Positions 10,792-20,871 of a DNA stretch of 64,000 nucleotides are shown here, one piece after another. The position numbers and the translations under genes were made by a program. The stretch is from contig JAHQWL010000072.1 in the NCBI GenBank assembly GCA_029856155.1, positions 58,683 to 122,682 of the forward strand. The letters are read 5' to 3'. The notes under the pieces are model-generated. The model made no database searches and was not told the DNA's origin. It worked only from the letters and a program-made list of their open reading frames with translations. How positions within the stretch are numbered: position 1 is the stretch's first letter; every line of letters begins with the position of its first letter. Source of the DNA: Promethearchaeia archaeon (GTDB lineage Archaea; Asgardarchaeota; Lokiarchaeia; Sigyniarchaeales; SOKP01).

Positions 10792-10947
10792 TATTTACCA
10801 TTATTTTTTTTTCTTTTTTTCTTAATAGTATAAATATGATTTTTTAAGCCTTGCTAAAACGTCAATTATTAGGTAATATAATAAAACGATTACTACTTTA
10901 AAAAAGCTTAAAATGAATAAAGGCTTCAAATCATCTAAGTTTCTTAA

Positions 10948-11658
10948 TTAGATGTTAAAGAGTTTAATCAACTGTTCGGTATTCTCTACTAAGATATCGG
11001 GGTTATGCTTTTTCAAAGTTTCTTTTTGAGCTAGTCCACTTGCGACACAAATAATTGAAACTTTTGCTGCCTTACCTGCTTCGATATCAGTTGTCATATC
11101 ACCAATAAAAATTGCTTCTGAAGGTTTTAGATTCCATTTATTAAGAATTTTTATTATTCCTTCAGGACTAGGTTTAACTTCTGTAACATCGTTAAAACCG
11201 ATAATAGTTTTAAAATATTCCGAAAGGTTAAATTTTTCTAGAACCTCTTCGGCATATTGACTTTTATTATTTGTCAAAATTGCTAATTTCACATGTTTAG
11301 CCAATTTCGAAATTAATGCATCAATACCTTTGAAAATTGTAGATTCTGCTTCTTTATATTTATTAAATTGGTTAAACATAAAGATTGCGATTCGAAGTTT
11401 CTTAAAGAAACTAAGTCCTTCTAAAAATTTCACTTTTAATAAATCGTATGAATTTAGAAGGATTTTAGGTACGGGATAATTTTGGATTTCTTCAATTAGT
11501 AGGGCTATTTCTTCCATGACATCATCTGGGTTGACGTTCATATCATACTTTTCTACTGAATCATTAACTGCCTTTTTAATTGCTTCAGAAATATCATAAA
11601 TAACACCATCCATATCAAAGATAATCCCTTTATATTTTCCCAAATTAATTTTTTCCAT
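10948..11658 (-). CDS. HAD-superfamily hydrolase (phosphoglycolate phosphatase-like)
   Basis: FDMDGV, LTN, KPSPE, IGDMTTDI motifs. Confidence 0.9.
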   Translation of the reverse strand: MEKINLGKYKGIIFDMDGVIYDISEAIKKAVNDSVEKYDMNVNPDDVMEEIALLIEEIQNYPVPKILLNSYDLLKVKFLEGLSFFKKLRIAIFMFNQFNKYKEAESTIFKGIDALISKLAKHVKLAILTNNKSQYAEEVLEKFNLSEYFKTIIGFNDVTEVKPSPEGIIKILNKWNLKPSEAIFIGDMTTDIEAGKAAKVSIICVASGLAQKETLKKHNPDILVENTEQLIKLFNI

Positions 11659-11762
11659 ACTAAAGTCTATTAATATTTAGAACAATTTATAATTATACGA
11701 ATATCAATAATTTAATTATATAACTATTAAAAATTTTATTTAATATCTCATTTTAGTTAAAA

Positions 11763-12653
11763 ATGAACGAAAACCAAGAAGAAAAAAGCGAAGAATTAGG
11801 AATGGATGAAAATGAAGTGGAAGATGATGATTTAGAAGCGTATCTTAGAGATATGAAAGCGTTGGAAACTGACTTTTCAGATATTGAAGATTTAGACATG
11901 GAAGAACTTCAAGAAATCCAAGATGCAATTGAGAAGGTTAAGGAAGGTGAAGAATTACCTGAAAATGACTTAATTAGTGAAGAAAGCTCGGAAGACGGAG
12001 AAATCTTTGATGAAATTAAAGAAGAACAAGAATTAAAAGAGATAATGGTTTCAGATTTTTCTGATATGGATGAAATTGATTTTGATGAATTAAGAGAAAT
12101 GAAAGAAGCCATAGAAACTGTAAAACATGAGGAAGTTGAAGTTTTAGGTGATAAAGAAGGTGAAATTCAATCAACACCAGCAATTTCAAGTGAATTGCAG
12201 CAACGAATAAAAGAAGAACTCTTAAAAAGAAAAGAAGCAGAAGTAGAGGAAGTTATAACTCCAGAAATGTTTTTAGATTATATTAAAGAAAAACGTGATA
12301 AGATTTGGTATCATGCCCTCTATTATTTAGTGTTTAATGTTGAAGACCATACTGCTTCGAAATCTTTATTATATGATGTTTTAAAAGAAGTAACAAGTAA
12401 AAGTCCCATTGATCCAATACCAGAACATCAATTTTATTTTGGATTAGGGTATATATTAAGATTAAATTATAATGATAAACAAGTAGTACGATTTCTTAGA
12501 AATGGAACGCTTAAAATAAATATAAATATTAGCACTCTGAAAGAACTTTTAGAGGAATCGGGAGAACCTATAAGTACAAGACCAGTTATTAAACCCGAAG
12601 AGAAAAAAAGAATGTTTAAGGATTTTCTTAATGAGGATTTTCTTGATATTTAA
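11763..12653 (+). CDS. Hypothetical protein: acidic repeated N-terminus and globular C-terminal domain
   Basis: 296-aa ORF; the D/E-rich half carries a duplicated DFSD motif. Confidence 0.8.
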   Translation: MNENQEEKSEELGMDENEVEDDDLEAYLRDMKALETDFSDIEDLDMEELQEIQDAIEKVKEGEELPENDLISEESSEDGEIFDEIKEEQELKEIMVSDFSDMDEIDFDELREMKEAIETVKHEEVEVLGDKEGEIQSTPAISSELQQRIKEELLKRKEAEVEEVITPEMFLDYIKEKRDKIWYHALYYLVFNVEDHTASKSLLYDVLKEVTSKSPIDPIPEHQFYFGLGYILRLNYNDKQVVRFLRNGTLKININISTLKELLEESGEPISTRPVIKPEEKKRMFKDFLNEDFLDI

Positions 12654-12677
12654 ATTTTGATTTAAATAAGAGATAAA

Positions 12678-13325
12678 ATGAATCAAAAGCCTTTACTTTT
12701 AATTATTGGAAATTCAAATGTAGGAAAAAGCTCAATAACTAGATTACTGATGCCAAATCCTAGAAAATTTAAGGGTAAAATTGGAAAATCTCCGGGTAGT
12801 ACGCTATTGATAAAACCAATTACTCAAAATAGTTTACCCTATAAAATAGTTGATCTTCCAGGATTTGGATATGTAAGTCACTCCAGCCGTAGACGAGGAG
12901 CCCATATTAAAAAACAAATTGTTGTTCATATCGAAAAACACTATGAGGAATATTTTTTCGGGTTAGTAGTAATAAATATTTTAAGAATCGAAGATGAAAT
13001 AGAGAAGTATTACATTCAAAATAAGAGAACTATACCATTAAGTTTTGAATTAATTCAATTTTTAAGCGAGTTTAAAATCCCTTTTCTCATAATTTTTAAT
13101 AAAATTGATAAAATTTCTAATCTGAATAAAAAAGAAAAAATTAACTTGTTTATTGAATCAGCAAAAGAATACGGTTTAGATCTGATTAAATTGAATGATT
13201 ATAGTGTTGAAAAAAATTCAGAAATACCATATTTGGAATTTTCAGCTTTAAAAAAGATAAATATCATAAAATTAAAAAGCATAATTCAAAAATCTTTAAA
13301 TAATTTTATGAAAAAATGTCCCTAG
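12678..13325 (+). CDS. engB: EngB/YihA family GTPase
   Basis: GNSNVGKSS, PGST, DLPGFG, NKID, FSA. Confidence 0.85.
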   Translation: MNQKPLLLIIGNSNVGKSSITRLLMPNPRKFKGKIGKSPGSTLLIKPITQNSLPYKIVDLPGFGYVSHSSRRRGAHIKKQIVVHIEKHYEEYFFGLVVINILRIEDEIEKYYIQNKRTIPLSFELIQFLSEFKIPFLIIFNKIDKISNLNKKEKINLFIESAKEYGLDLIKLNDYSVEKNSEIPYLEFSALKKINIIKLKSIIQKSLNNFMKKCP

Positions 13326-13383
13326 GATTCACATTTGTTCTTGAATTATTATAGATTTCTTCTTCCTTATTAACGTAATATTT

Positions 13384-13911
13384 CTATTTGTGTTTTATAT
13401 ATTTAATTAATCCTAATATTAAATTTAATCTAGGGACTTTTTGTTTATATCTCTTGTAATCTTCACCAAATTTATCAATAAGATTTTTATCCTCTACGAA
13501 TGTCCATTGATATGTTAAAATTATAATAATGATGCTAAGAATTAAGCTCAACCATATTTGAGTCCAGAATGTAATACTTGTACTAAATAATATACCTCCT
13601 AAATATTGTGGATGACGGATAATAGCATATGGACCTCTTTCTACTACCTTTGTCGTATGCATATAGCTTTTACCCTTTTCTACACCCCCTCTTTTCTTAA
13701 AAGTCCAAAAAGAAATCAAACCAAAATATAGACTAAATACCCAAATTACATATCCTATATATACTAAAATGATTATATTTAATTCATTAAAGAATAGGAA
13801 CATTAAGATTATTTGAATTATAAATGACAATGTAAATATTGATGTAAATATTACATCTGTAATTCTAACTTTTTTCTTCTTTTCCTTAATAATATCCTGA
13901 TTTTTCTCCAT
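13384..13911 (-). CDS. Isoprenylcysteine carboxyl methyltransferase / PEMT family membrane protein
   Basis: TM helices plus GPYAIIRHPQY and ED..L...FGEDY..Y...VPR. Confidence 0.85.
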   Translation of the reverse strand: MEKNQDIIKEKKKKVRITDVIFTSIFTLSFIIQIILMFLFFNELNIIILVYIGYVIWVFSLYFGLISFWTFKKRGGVEKGKSYMHTTKVVERGPYAIIRHPQYLGGILFSTSITFWTQIWLSLILSIIIIILTYQWTFVEDKNLIDKFGEDYKRYKQKVPRLNLILGLIKYIKHK

Positions 13912-14050
13912 ATTTCAAGTGACCCCCTAGATTATTCTCTTCAAAATATTAATTACTTAGTAAATTTCTTTTTTTATTAGAAATTAAATCATTCTCTAAC
14001 ATTCCTAAAGTTTCACCTAAAATCTTAAATATTTAAAGTTACTAGATATA

Positions 14051-14076
14051 ATTAAGTTTGAATATTTAAACTTAAT
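14051..14076. promoter_or_regulatory. 26-bp near-perfect palindrome, candidate PadR operator
   Basis: ATTAAGTTT-GAATATTT-AAACTTAAT, located between the divergent ICMT-like and PadR genes. Confidence 0.5.
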
Positions 14077-14144
14077 CATTCAAAGTTAACCATAATATTT
14101 AACATTAAATTTAGTATTTCCTGTCTAAGATATGAATAAAATTC

Positions 14145-14774
14145 ATGCCGAAAAAGAGATATACTCCCCTTAAAACATTTATATTAGGTGTAATGAATAC
14201 AATTCCAAGACCCATGAGCGGTTATGAGTTAATTTCATTAGCAAAAGAATGGCGATATGATCATTATATCAAAGCTACAAAAGCATCATTCTATTATGCA
14301 TTAAAAAATCTAGAAGATGATGATCTTATCAAAGAAGTAGGTTCTAAACAAAAAGGTAATCGACCTGAGCAAATAACCTATAAAATGTTGAATAAAGGCA
14401 AGCATGAATTCCAAGAACAAATTTCTTATTTCCTTAATTATCCCCAGGAAATGTATTTCGATATTGATGCTTCAACACCTTTTATTATTCTATTTGGTAT
14501 GTTTAAGGGAAAACAATTCATATTGGATTCTATTGATAATCAAATTAAAGAAAGACAAAAAATGTTAAAGATCGCCGATGATGGGGAGCAATTTGTTAAA
14601 TCTCATTTTCTTTATGAATTAAGTCCTTTCTATATACTACCTTTGAAACACTGGAGGCTTCATAATGAAGCAGAGATAAAATGGTTAGAACTATTTAAGG
14701 AAATGGTAGAAAGTATTGATGATTTTAAAGAACAATATAATGAAATGATAAAACGCGCAATTACGAAGGGATAA
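14145..14774 (+). CDS. PadR family transcriptional regulator
   Basis: PMSGYEL...SFYYALKNLEDDDLI...RPEQITY....G; C-terminal EAEIKWLE helix. Confidence 0.88.
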   Translation: MPKKRYTPLKTFILGVMNTIPRPMSGYELISLAKEWRYDHYIKATKASFYYALKNLEDDDLIKEVGSKQKGNRPEQITYKMLNKGKHEFQEQISYFLNYPQEMYFDIDASTPFIILFGMFKGKQFILDSIDNQIKERQKMLKIADDGEQFVKSHFLYELSPFYILPLKHWRLHNEAEIKWLELFKEMVESIDDFKEQYNEMIKRAITKG

Positions 14775-14807
14775 TTTAATATAAAGAGAAAATAATATTA
14801 AACGGGA

Positions 14808-16103
14808 CTATTCAGTGGGAGTTATTTTTGGATCCTTATCAGGATCCCAATTTACTGTAAATAAGAAATCTCTGCTTGTTTCATTTTTATAAATTAACGG
14901 AAATCCGCTAACTTTTTCGAATTTTAAGGCAAAATCTTCTAAATAATCATAATCAGGAAAGTAATCTTTAACTTGATTTTTACTTTTCAGTCTTTCGTTT
15001 ATCAATAAAGCTTTTGCTTGTAATGTAAATCCTTTAATTTCAAAAAAATTCGGATTTGTTTTTTCAATTATTTTAGCATATTCAGTTATATACTTATCTT
15101 CTATGTTCAAGTTTTTTACTGCAGTCAACCTGACTAGAGTTCTACAAGATAAAGATTCTACCAAATCTAAACTATTTAATACTTGATTCCAACCATTTCT
15201 AATCATTGGACGACAAGTAGTCTTATAAATTTGTTCGTTTGGAGCAGCTAATGTAATATATAACTGCGTAGGTAAATGTTCCAACTTTTCAATCTTTTCT
15301 GTTAGAGTTCCATTAGTGACAATAAATGTCGTCATATTACGACTTTTAAATTCATGAACAAATTCAGAAATTCTTGGATATAGAAGTGGTTCTCCATCTA
15401 GAGAAATAGCTGCATGATTTGGTGTCATTGCTTCATTATGAGCTTGCATTATTTCATCAGGTGATGTCAATTCTCTATTAATTAAAACTTCTAACTCTTC
15501 TCTGGAGCCAATGCAACAATTAATATCATCATCTAATCTAAACTTATTGAATAGGCGATCAGTTGATTTAATAAATTTTTGATTCTTTAGAAGAGTGACT
15601 GCCCGTTCAATTTTATTTTTCGAAATGTGAATACTATTTGCAATGGAATTTACACTGTGGATTCGTTGACTATTTAAAAGCATATAATAGAGGATGTCAA
15701 TCATTATTTCATAATTATCAAGGTATCGTCTCAGAGGTAAGTGATTCTTAATGATGTCTTTATGATGTCGCAGCATTTCATCGATAAGTAATTTAGGGTT
15801 ATCAGGTTCAACAATAAATTCACTCCCTAGTGATCCAGACTCTATATCCCTCCAACAAAAAACACATTGATGGTTACAAAAGGGTAGTGAAGGGGTATTT
15901 TGCATGCACCTATGGCTTTCTATTCCAAATACACCCTTATAGCAATTACGATTATTTCTTCCAGTTGAAAGTCTTTGCTCAAGCCAATGACAAGGTTTAA
16001 TAGAAGAATGTTTATTTTCTCCAACGATTCTATAAGTAGTTTTAGTGTAGTTTTCTACAAATTCATTTGTGATTTTGTTTTCAACGATAAATCTATTTTT
16101 CAT
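14808..16103 (-). CDS. taw1: 4-demethylwyosine synthase Taw1/TYW1 (radical SAM) with an internal insertion
   Basis: HSSIKPCHW, CYK..FGIESHRC, CNHQCVFCWR, HAAISLDGEP, FIVTNG, PTQLYI. Confidence 0.92.
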   Translation of the reverse strand: MKNRFIVENKITNEFVENYTKTTYRIVGENKHSSIKPCHWLEQRLSTGRNNRNCYKGVFGIESHRCMQNTPSLPFCNHQCVFCWRDIESGSLGSEFIVEPDNPKLLIDEMLRHHKDIIKNHLPLRRYLDNYEIMIDILYYMLLNSQRIHSVNSIANSIHISKNKIERAVTLLKNQKFIKSTDRLFNKFRLDDDINCCIGSREELEVLINRELTSPDEIMQAHNEAMTPNHAAISLDGEPLLYPRISEFVHEFKSRNMTTFIVTNGTLTEKIEKLEHLPTQLYITLAAPNEQIYKTTCRPMIRNGWNQVLNSLDLVESLSCRTLVRLTAVKNLNIEDKYITEYAKIIEKTNPNFFEIKGFTLQAKALLINERLKSKNQVKDYFPDYDYLEDFALKFEKVSGFPLIYKNETSRDFLFTVNWDPDKDPKITPTE

Positions 16104-16280
16104 TAAGGAACCACTTTAACCAAGAAATTCTCACTAGTTTATATAAATAATTGTATCTTATTAAGATATTAAATAATATTCTTTAAAATTATAAGTACTT
16201 AAATAATTATTGCAGTACTTATAGAATATAACTAAAATTATGGTTTTAGTTAATTAAGATAAATTAAAAAATGGTTCAAA

Positions 16281-17156
16281 ATGCTAAATAGAATGAAAAG
16301 CGAGTTGTTAAATTTAGGCTTAAAATTTATTGATGTTGATGAGAAAATCGTTCGAATGATACTAGAAACTAGCCCTTCAAATGTAAATGAAATAGTAATA
16401 CTCCCAGCTATTAAAATTGTAATGAAAAAATTATTGAAGAAATTAGAGAATAAAAGGATTTATGGAAGAGTATATAACGGAGAGCTAAATAATGTTAAAG
16501 TCAGTATTGTTCGTTCTTTAGTTGGATCACCTAATTGTGCAATGGCGGTAGAGTCCTTAAGACGTTGTAAAACTAAGGTTATTATACGAATTGATGTATG
16601 TGGAGGAATTGAAAATGAAAATGTACCAATTAATATTGGAGACATTATAATCCCAAAATTAGCTTTTTGTGATGAAGGAACAAGTCCTCAATATATTAGA
16701 GAACACCCTTCTTTAGTAAATGAATTAGAGTCCATTTCTAATCCAATGGGAAAATTTCAAAACTTATTCACAGGAAATCAAACTATTTTTATATCTAAAC
16801 CTAATGAGAAACTAAGAGAATTGTTTTCAAGCAAAGCTACCGAACTTTTTCCAAATAACTTTAAGGAAACTAATTTATGGACCACTGATGCTCTATTTTG
16901 TGAAAGTTTAGATTTCATAAGGGCTCTAACTTCGATTAATGTACATACTATTGATATGGAATCATCTATATTATTTTTATTAGGGAAGATTTACAATTTA
17001 AAAACAGTATCCATTCTCTCTGTTTCGGATTTACCGGGGCATCCAAAGTATGATTTACTAAATTCGAATGAGATTCATCCGAATATGGAGAATGGAATTG
17101 ATAATGCGATTAAATTATTAATCCAACTCTTATCTAGTGTTAAGAAAGAAATTTAA
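16281..17156 (+). CDS. Purine/uridine nucleoside phosphorylase (PNP_UDP_1) family
   Basis: VGSP, IIRIDVCGG, IGDIII, DEGTS, WTTDA, DMES, VSD. Confidence 0.8.
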   Translation: MLNRMKSELLNLGLKFIDVDEKIVRMILETSPSNVNEIVILPAIKIVMKKLLKKLENKRIYGRVYNGELNNVKVSIVRSLVGSPNCAMAVESLRRCKTKVIIRIDVCGGIENENVPINIGDIIIPKLAFCDEGTSPQYIREHPSLVNELESISNPMGKFQNLFTGNQTIFISKPNEKLRELFSSKATELFPNNFKETNLWTTDALFCESLDFIRALTSINVHTIDMESSILFLLGKIYNLKTVSILSVSDLPGHPKYDLLNSNEIHPNMENGIDNAIKLLIQLLSSVKKEI

Positions 17157-17182
17157 TACCGATAAAAGAAACTAAAATTTAC

Positions 17183-18067
17183 TTAAAGTCCTTTTAGGAG
17201 TGAGCTAAAATCAGGTTCATCAAAAAATTCATTATATAATTTAAGGAGCTCAATATTAACTAAATGAATTTTCTTACCTGACTGGTTTTTAGTAGATTTT
17301 ACAAGATTAAGTTCTTTTAATTTTTTAATGTGATATAAAATTGTTCCTGAATACATATCAAGGATTTCAGCCATTTTTGAGACAGTTACTAATTCATCCT
17401 TAAATATCTGTTCTAATAGTTTAGGAATCAAGGGATTTAAAAAGATAATTTTGTATTTATCATAATCCTCTGGCACATCACGAAGAAAATAATGAAGAGA
17501 TTTCCCAATTTTCTTGGATCTTATTAACTTAAAACGTTCAAGAGTCATCACATGTTTTAAAAATGGGGTTCTAGTAATATCTAATTCTTCTTCGATTTTT
17601 TCATCTCTAGCATGAATCCCTGGATTTTCTTTTATGAAATCAAGTATTTTTACCAGTCTTTCATTAGTAAGTATCTCTAATTTAGTACGTCTTTCATTGG
17701 TTACAATCCAATTTTTCTCTTCTAAACTTCGAATAGCAATAAAAATTTCTTCCTTGCTATAACCTTTTCTGTATGATAATTTTGCGATGCATTTAGCATA
17801 TAATTTTTCGATTATTGGATACTTTTGGATTTGACTTTCTGATTCAATTTCAAATTCACTTTCATATCGCTTTAATTTCAATATATCCGTAGCAATATCT
17901 AATACATCTTTTTCAATTTCGTTAAGTTCATCAACAATTTCTTCTTGTTTTTCTTCTTCTTTCTCCACTTCTTGTAAAGGTCTAAAATCAAGGCGCCTAT
18001 ATGAACTATCCTGTAGATTTTCTTCTTCCTTGCCTCGTTTGGGTTCTCTTCTTCTTTCAAGCGACAT
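17183..18067 (-). CDS. Winged-HTH protein with tandem HTH domains
   Basis: ILDFIKENPGIH...HVMTLERFKLI and TVSKMAEILDMYSGTILYHIKKLKELNLV. Confidence 0.8.
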   Translation of the reverse strand: MSLERRREPKRGKEEENLQDSSYRRLDFRPLQEVEKEEEKQEEIVDELNEIEKDVLDIATDILKLKRYESEFEIESESQIQKYPIIEKLYAKCIAKLSYRKGYSKEEIFIAIRSLEEKNWIVTNERRTKLEILTNERLVKILDFIKENPGIHARDEKIEEELDITRTPFLKHVMTLERFKLIRSKKIGKSLHYFLRDVPEDYDKYKIIFLNPLIPKLLEQIFKDELVTVSKMAEILDMYSGTILYHIKKLKELNLVKSTKNQSGKKIHLVNIELLKLYNEFFDEPDFSSLLKGL

Positions 18068-18069
18068 AT

Positions 18070-19683
18070 TTAGGCGTTTTCCTCTAAAAATTGAACAAAT
18101 TTTATTTGTTCTTCAACATCCATATATTTTAATTGTTCTACAATCTTATCATAATGTTTAGGTTTAACATTTTGAAGTTTTCGAATTCTATTGATTAATT
18201 TTTTAGGTATTTCTCTATAAAGTCTTACAATTGCATCAATATATTTAACTTGTTCCTCTTTTGTTAGGAAAGCAAGTTCTTCTAACAACTCCCTCTTTTC
18301 TTTTTTAGAAACTTTTAAATCTGTTATCTGCTTCCTTAAATCTTTGGATAACAGAACAAAAATTTTAGAGAAATATTCTTTTACCAACTTCTTATCTTTT
18401 TCATCCTTTACTGGTAGAAGGGATTCATGCAATTTTAAATTGTATTCTATTTCTCTTTTTGCCCTTTCTTCTTTATCTATTTTTAACGGGATCTCCTCAA
18501 GCTCCTTTATAGTAATTTCCTCTATTTTTTCTGGTTCACTGCCAATTTTTTCTTCTTCAGGACTAATTGGTGCTTGAGTTTCGATCGGTTTTTCTACGAG
18601 TTTTATTTTAATTTCTTTTTCTTCAAGGGATACCCTCTCTGGATGTTCTATTTTTCTATGCACGAGAATTGGAGGTGTGGGCGGAATTGGAGGAGTTGGG
18701 GCGATATATGCTGGTTTTGTGACTGTTGATTCTATTCGGGATTTTTCTTTTGGTTTTCCAAGAAATAAGAAAAATAACAACACACCTTTCAGTAAGATAA
18801 AGATTCCTGCAGCATAAAATATTATACCAAAAATCCCAAGAAAGAAAAATTTGGCCGAATCTTTAAATTTAAATTGTTGTTTTTCTTTAATTTCATTTTT
18901 TGTTCTACTATCAATAAGTAGAACTGATAAAGCAATTAATAGAAAACCGAAATAAAATAATAGTATTGACGGAATTTCGATATTAAACGGTAAAATTATT
19001 CTCCAATCACTCATCCTGGGGATATAAATTCCATCTGAATATATTCTAAATATTCCAAATAGAATTATTAAAAAACCCGCTTTTGCAGAAAAATAATTCA
19101 AAGAATTTTTTGCAAGTAAACCAAGATCATATTTTTTAAGGTCCTTATTTTTTGAATCTGTAATAACATAGATTATAATAAAGATACCTTTAATAAGGAT
19201 TATAACTCCAAGCCCATATAAGATACAACCTAAAATCCCAAAGACAAATGAGTCTAGAAAAATCTCATTATACTTTTTCTCCTTTACTTTGTGAGAAATA
19301 TATGCTCTATCATAGATTAAGAGAAATAACCCCATCAAACCTTGAGAAATTTGTTCAAATAGAATCCCTGCATCCCAATAAATAGCAATTTGAGATATCA
19401 ATCCAAAAGCAACAAATGTAAAAATAAATAGTGGAATAAAGGATATTTTATTTAAAAATTGTATTAGTTTCTCTAAATTAGATGATTTTTTTTCTGAAAT
19501 TGCTTGATATGGTTTTTTCTTCCTCATATATGGAGTTTGAGCTGGTTTGAATACAACTCCTTCCAAAATAAAGGGAGATCCACATCTTTCACAATAAACT
19601 TGAACGTTACTTTCAATTAAGTGGGATAATTCATCAGGAAACGCATAATTACATTCCCTACATACATACATCTTCTTTGACAT
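18070..19683 (-). CDS. Membrane protein: N-terminal Zn-ribbon, duplicated TM block, Pro-rich linker, helical C-terminus
   Basis: CRECN...CERCG; several TM segments; PTPPIPPTPP. Confidence 0.8.
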   Translation of the reverse strand: MSKKMYVCRECNYAFPDELSHLIESNVQVYCERCGSPFILEGVVFKPAQTPYMRKKKPYQAISEKKSSNLEKLIQFLNKISFIPLFIFTFVAFGLISQIAIYWDAGILFEQISQGLMGLFLLIYDRAYISHKVKEKKYNEIFLDSFVFGILGCILYGLGVIILIKGIFIIIYVITDSKNKDLKKYDLGLLAKNSLNYFSAKAGFLIILFGIFRIYSDGIYIPRMSDWRIILPFNIEIPSILLFYFGFLLIALSVLLIDSRTKNEIKEKQQFKFKDSAKFFFLGIFGIIFYAAGIFILLKGVLLFFLFLGKPKEKSRIESTVTKPAYIAPTPPIPPTPPILVHRKIEHPERVSLEEKEIKIKLVEKPIETQAPISPEEEKIGSEPEKIEEITIKELEEIPLKIDKEERAKREIEYNLKLHESLLPVKDEKDKKLVKEYFSKIFVLLSKDLRKQITDLKVSKKEKRELLEELAFLTKEEQVKYIDAIVRLYREIPKKLINRIRKLQNVKPKHYDKIVEQLKYMDVEEQIKFVQFLEENA

Positions 19684-19762
19684 ATACTTTTACTACACCT
19701 ATATAATTATATTCTTGATCGTTTACTTTAATGTTTTTTGCTTAAAAACGTATAAAAATTAA

Positions 19763-20248
19763 TTAAGGAGAGACAGATAGAGCCCTAAGGGCGTTACTTA
19801 GAGTAAGAAGCTTTCCACAATTCTCACAAAAAGCCATTCCATTCTTTTCAAAATGTATTTTCATTTTTTCAGAGATCTTTCTCCCACATTCACTACAATA
19901 TTCTAAAATGTAAATATTATCATTTGTCATATTATTCTGAATATCTACATCTTCAACCTTTTGTTTGGAGGGCTTTTTTTTACCAGAAACTAGGAAGTAG
20001 AATCCTTCAAATAGTTTATAGAAACCAAATCCGACACCTTTAAGAAGATAGTATATTCCTTTTAAAACATAATATACTAAATATGCTATTCCTTTAATGG
20101 TGTAATATACAAGAGTTATAGCTAATACCAGCACAGTAATTAGTCCAATTATTGTTAAAACTTGCCCATAAATAGGCTGTACTAAATACCATTCGACAAA
20201 TACATTATACCAGAAACCAATAGTATCAAAAAAATTCTCCCAATCCAA
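19763..20248 (-). CDS. Membrane-anchored protein with a C-terminal Zn-ribbon
   Basis: TTG start after GGTGA; TM helix; CSECG...CENCG. Confidence 0.75.
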   Translation of the reverse strand: MDWENFFDTIGFWYNVFVEWYLVQPIYGQVLTIIGLITVLVLAITLVYYTIKGIAYLVYYVLKGIYYLLKGVGFGFYKLFEGFYFLVSGKKKPSKQKVEDVDIQNNMTNDNIYILEYCSECGRKISEKMKIHFEKNGMAFCENCGKLLTLSNALRALSVSP

Positions 20249-20353
20249 TTTTAATTCACCAATTTTATCTATTTTTATTCCTACTAAAAAGAAGTTTAAA
20301 GTTGATTTTAAAAAAAATGGAGTCCAATTTTTAAAATAATGGAAAATGAAATA

Positions 20354-20854
20354 TTAATAAATTATTTTTTTCCACTCTAAAGCTTGAACTGTTTTTTGAA
20401 GGGAATGATCATCATCTACTATATTATACACAAGATTTGTGAATAATTTTTCAGCACGAACCCGAGATAGATTAATTGGAACGACTCTATCCTGGTTACC
20501 ATGAAAAACTATAACCGGGACGTCTACAGGGGTATACTTATTAGGATCTAGTTCCTGGCATGACAAATAAGGTGCGAGTAGAATTAATTTAGATACTTTT
20601 GATGGATTTTTTAGAGTGAAAAGGGTTCCTAATAGCGCTCCAAAACTACTAGCTATAATACTCCAATTTGCTTTATCCTTCATAATGGGAATTAATTGCG
20701 CCATACGTTCTTTTAATAAATTTATAATTGGAATTTTTGGAGTATATGGAGTAAAATTTGGAGTCAAACAACCAGGTAATGCTTTCCTTAATAATTGTCC
20801 CTTAAATCCTTCACCAGAACTCTCAAGTCCATGAATAAAAATTATGTTTGACAT
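20354..20854 (-). CDS. Alpha/beta hydrolase (YqiA-like esterase)
   Basis: FIHGLES, ASSFG nucleophile elbow, HGNQDRVV, DDH. Confidence 0.85.
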   Translation of the reverse strand: MSNIIFIHGLESSGEGFKGQLLRKALPGCLTPNFTPYTPKIPIINLLKERMAQLIPIMKDKANWSIIASSFGALLGTLFTLKNPSKVSKLILLAPYLSCQELDPNKYTPVDVPVIVFHGNQDRVVPINLSRVRAEKLFTNLVYNIVDDDHSLQKTVQALEWKKIIY

Positions 20855-20871
20855 ATTTTTATAATTCTTTT

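Noticed and set aside
13384-13911. ICMT-like gene as evidence for prenylation of the nearby small GTPases
   Set aside because: None of the GTPases has a CaaX/CC/CxC end, and the family is widespread in prokaryotes
15460-15745. Taw1 insertion as an intein or intron
   Set aside because: No C/S...HN splice junctions and no BHB recognised; it reads as a folded HTH domain
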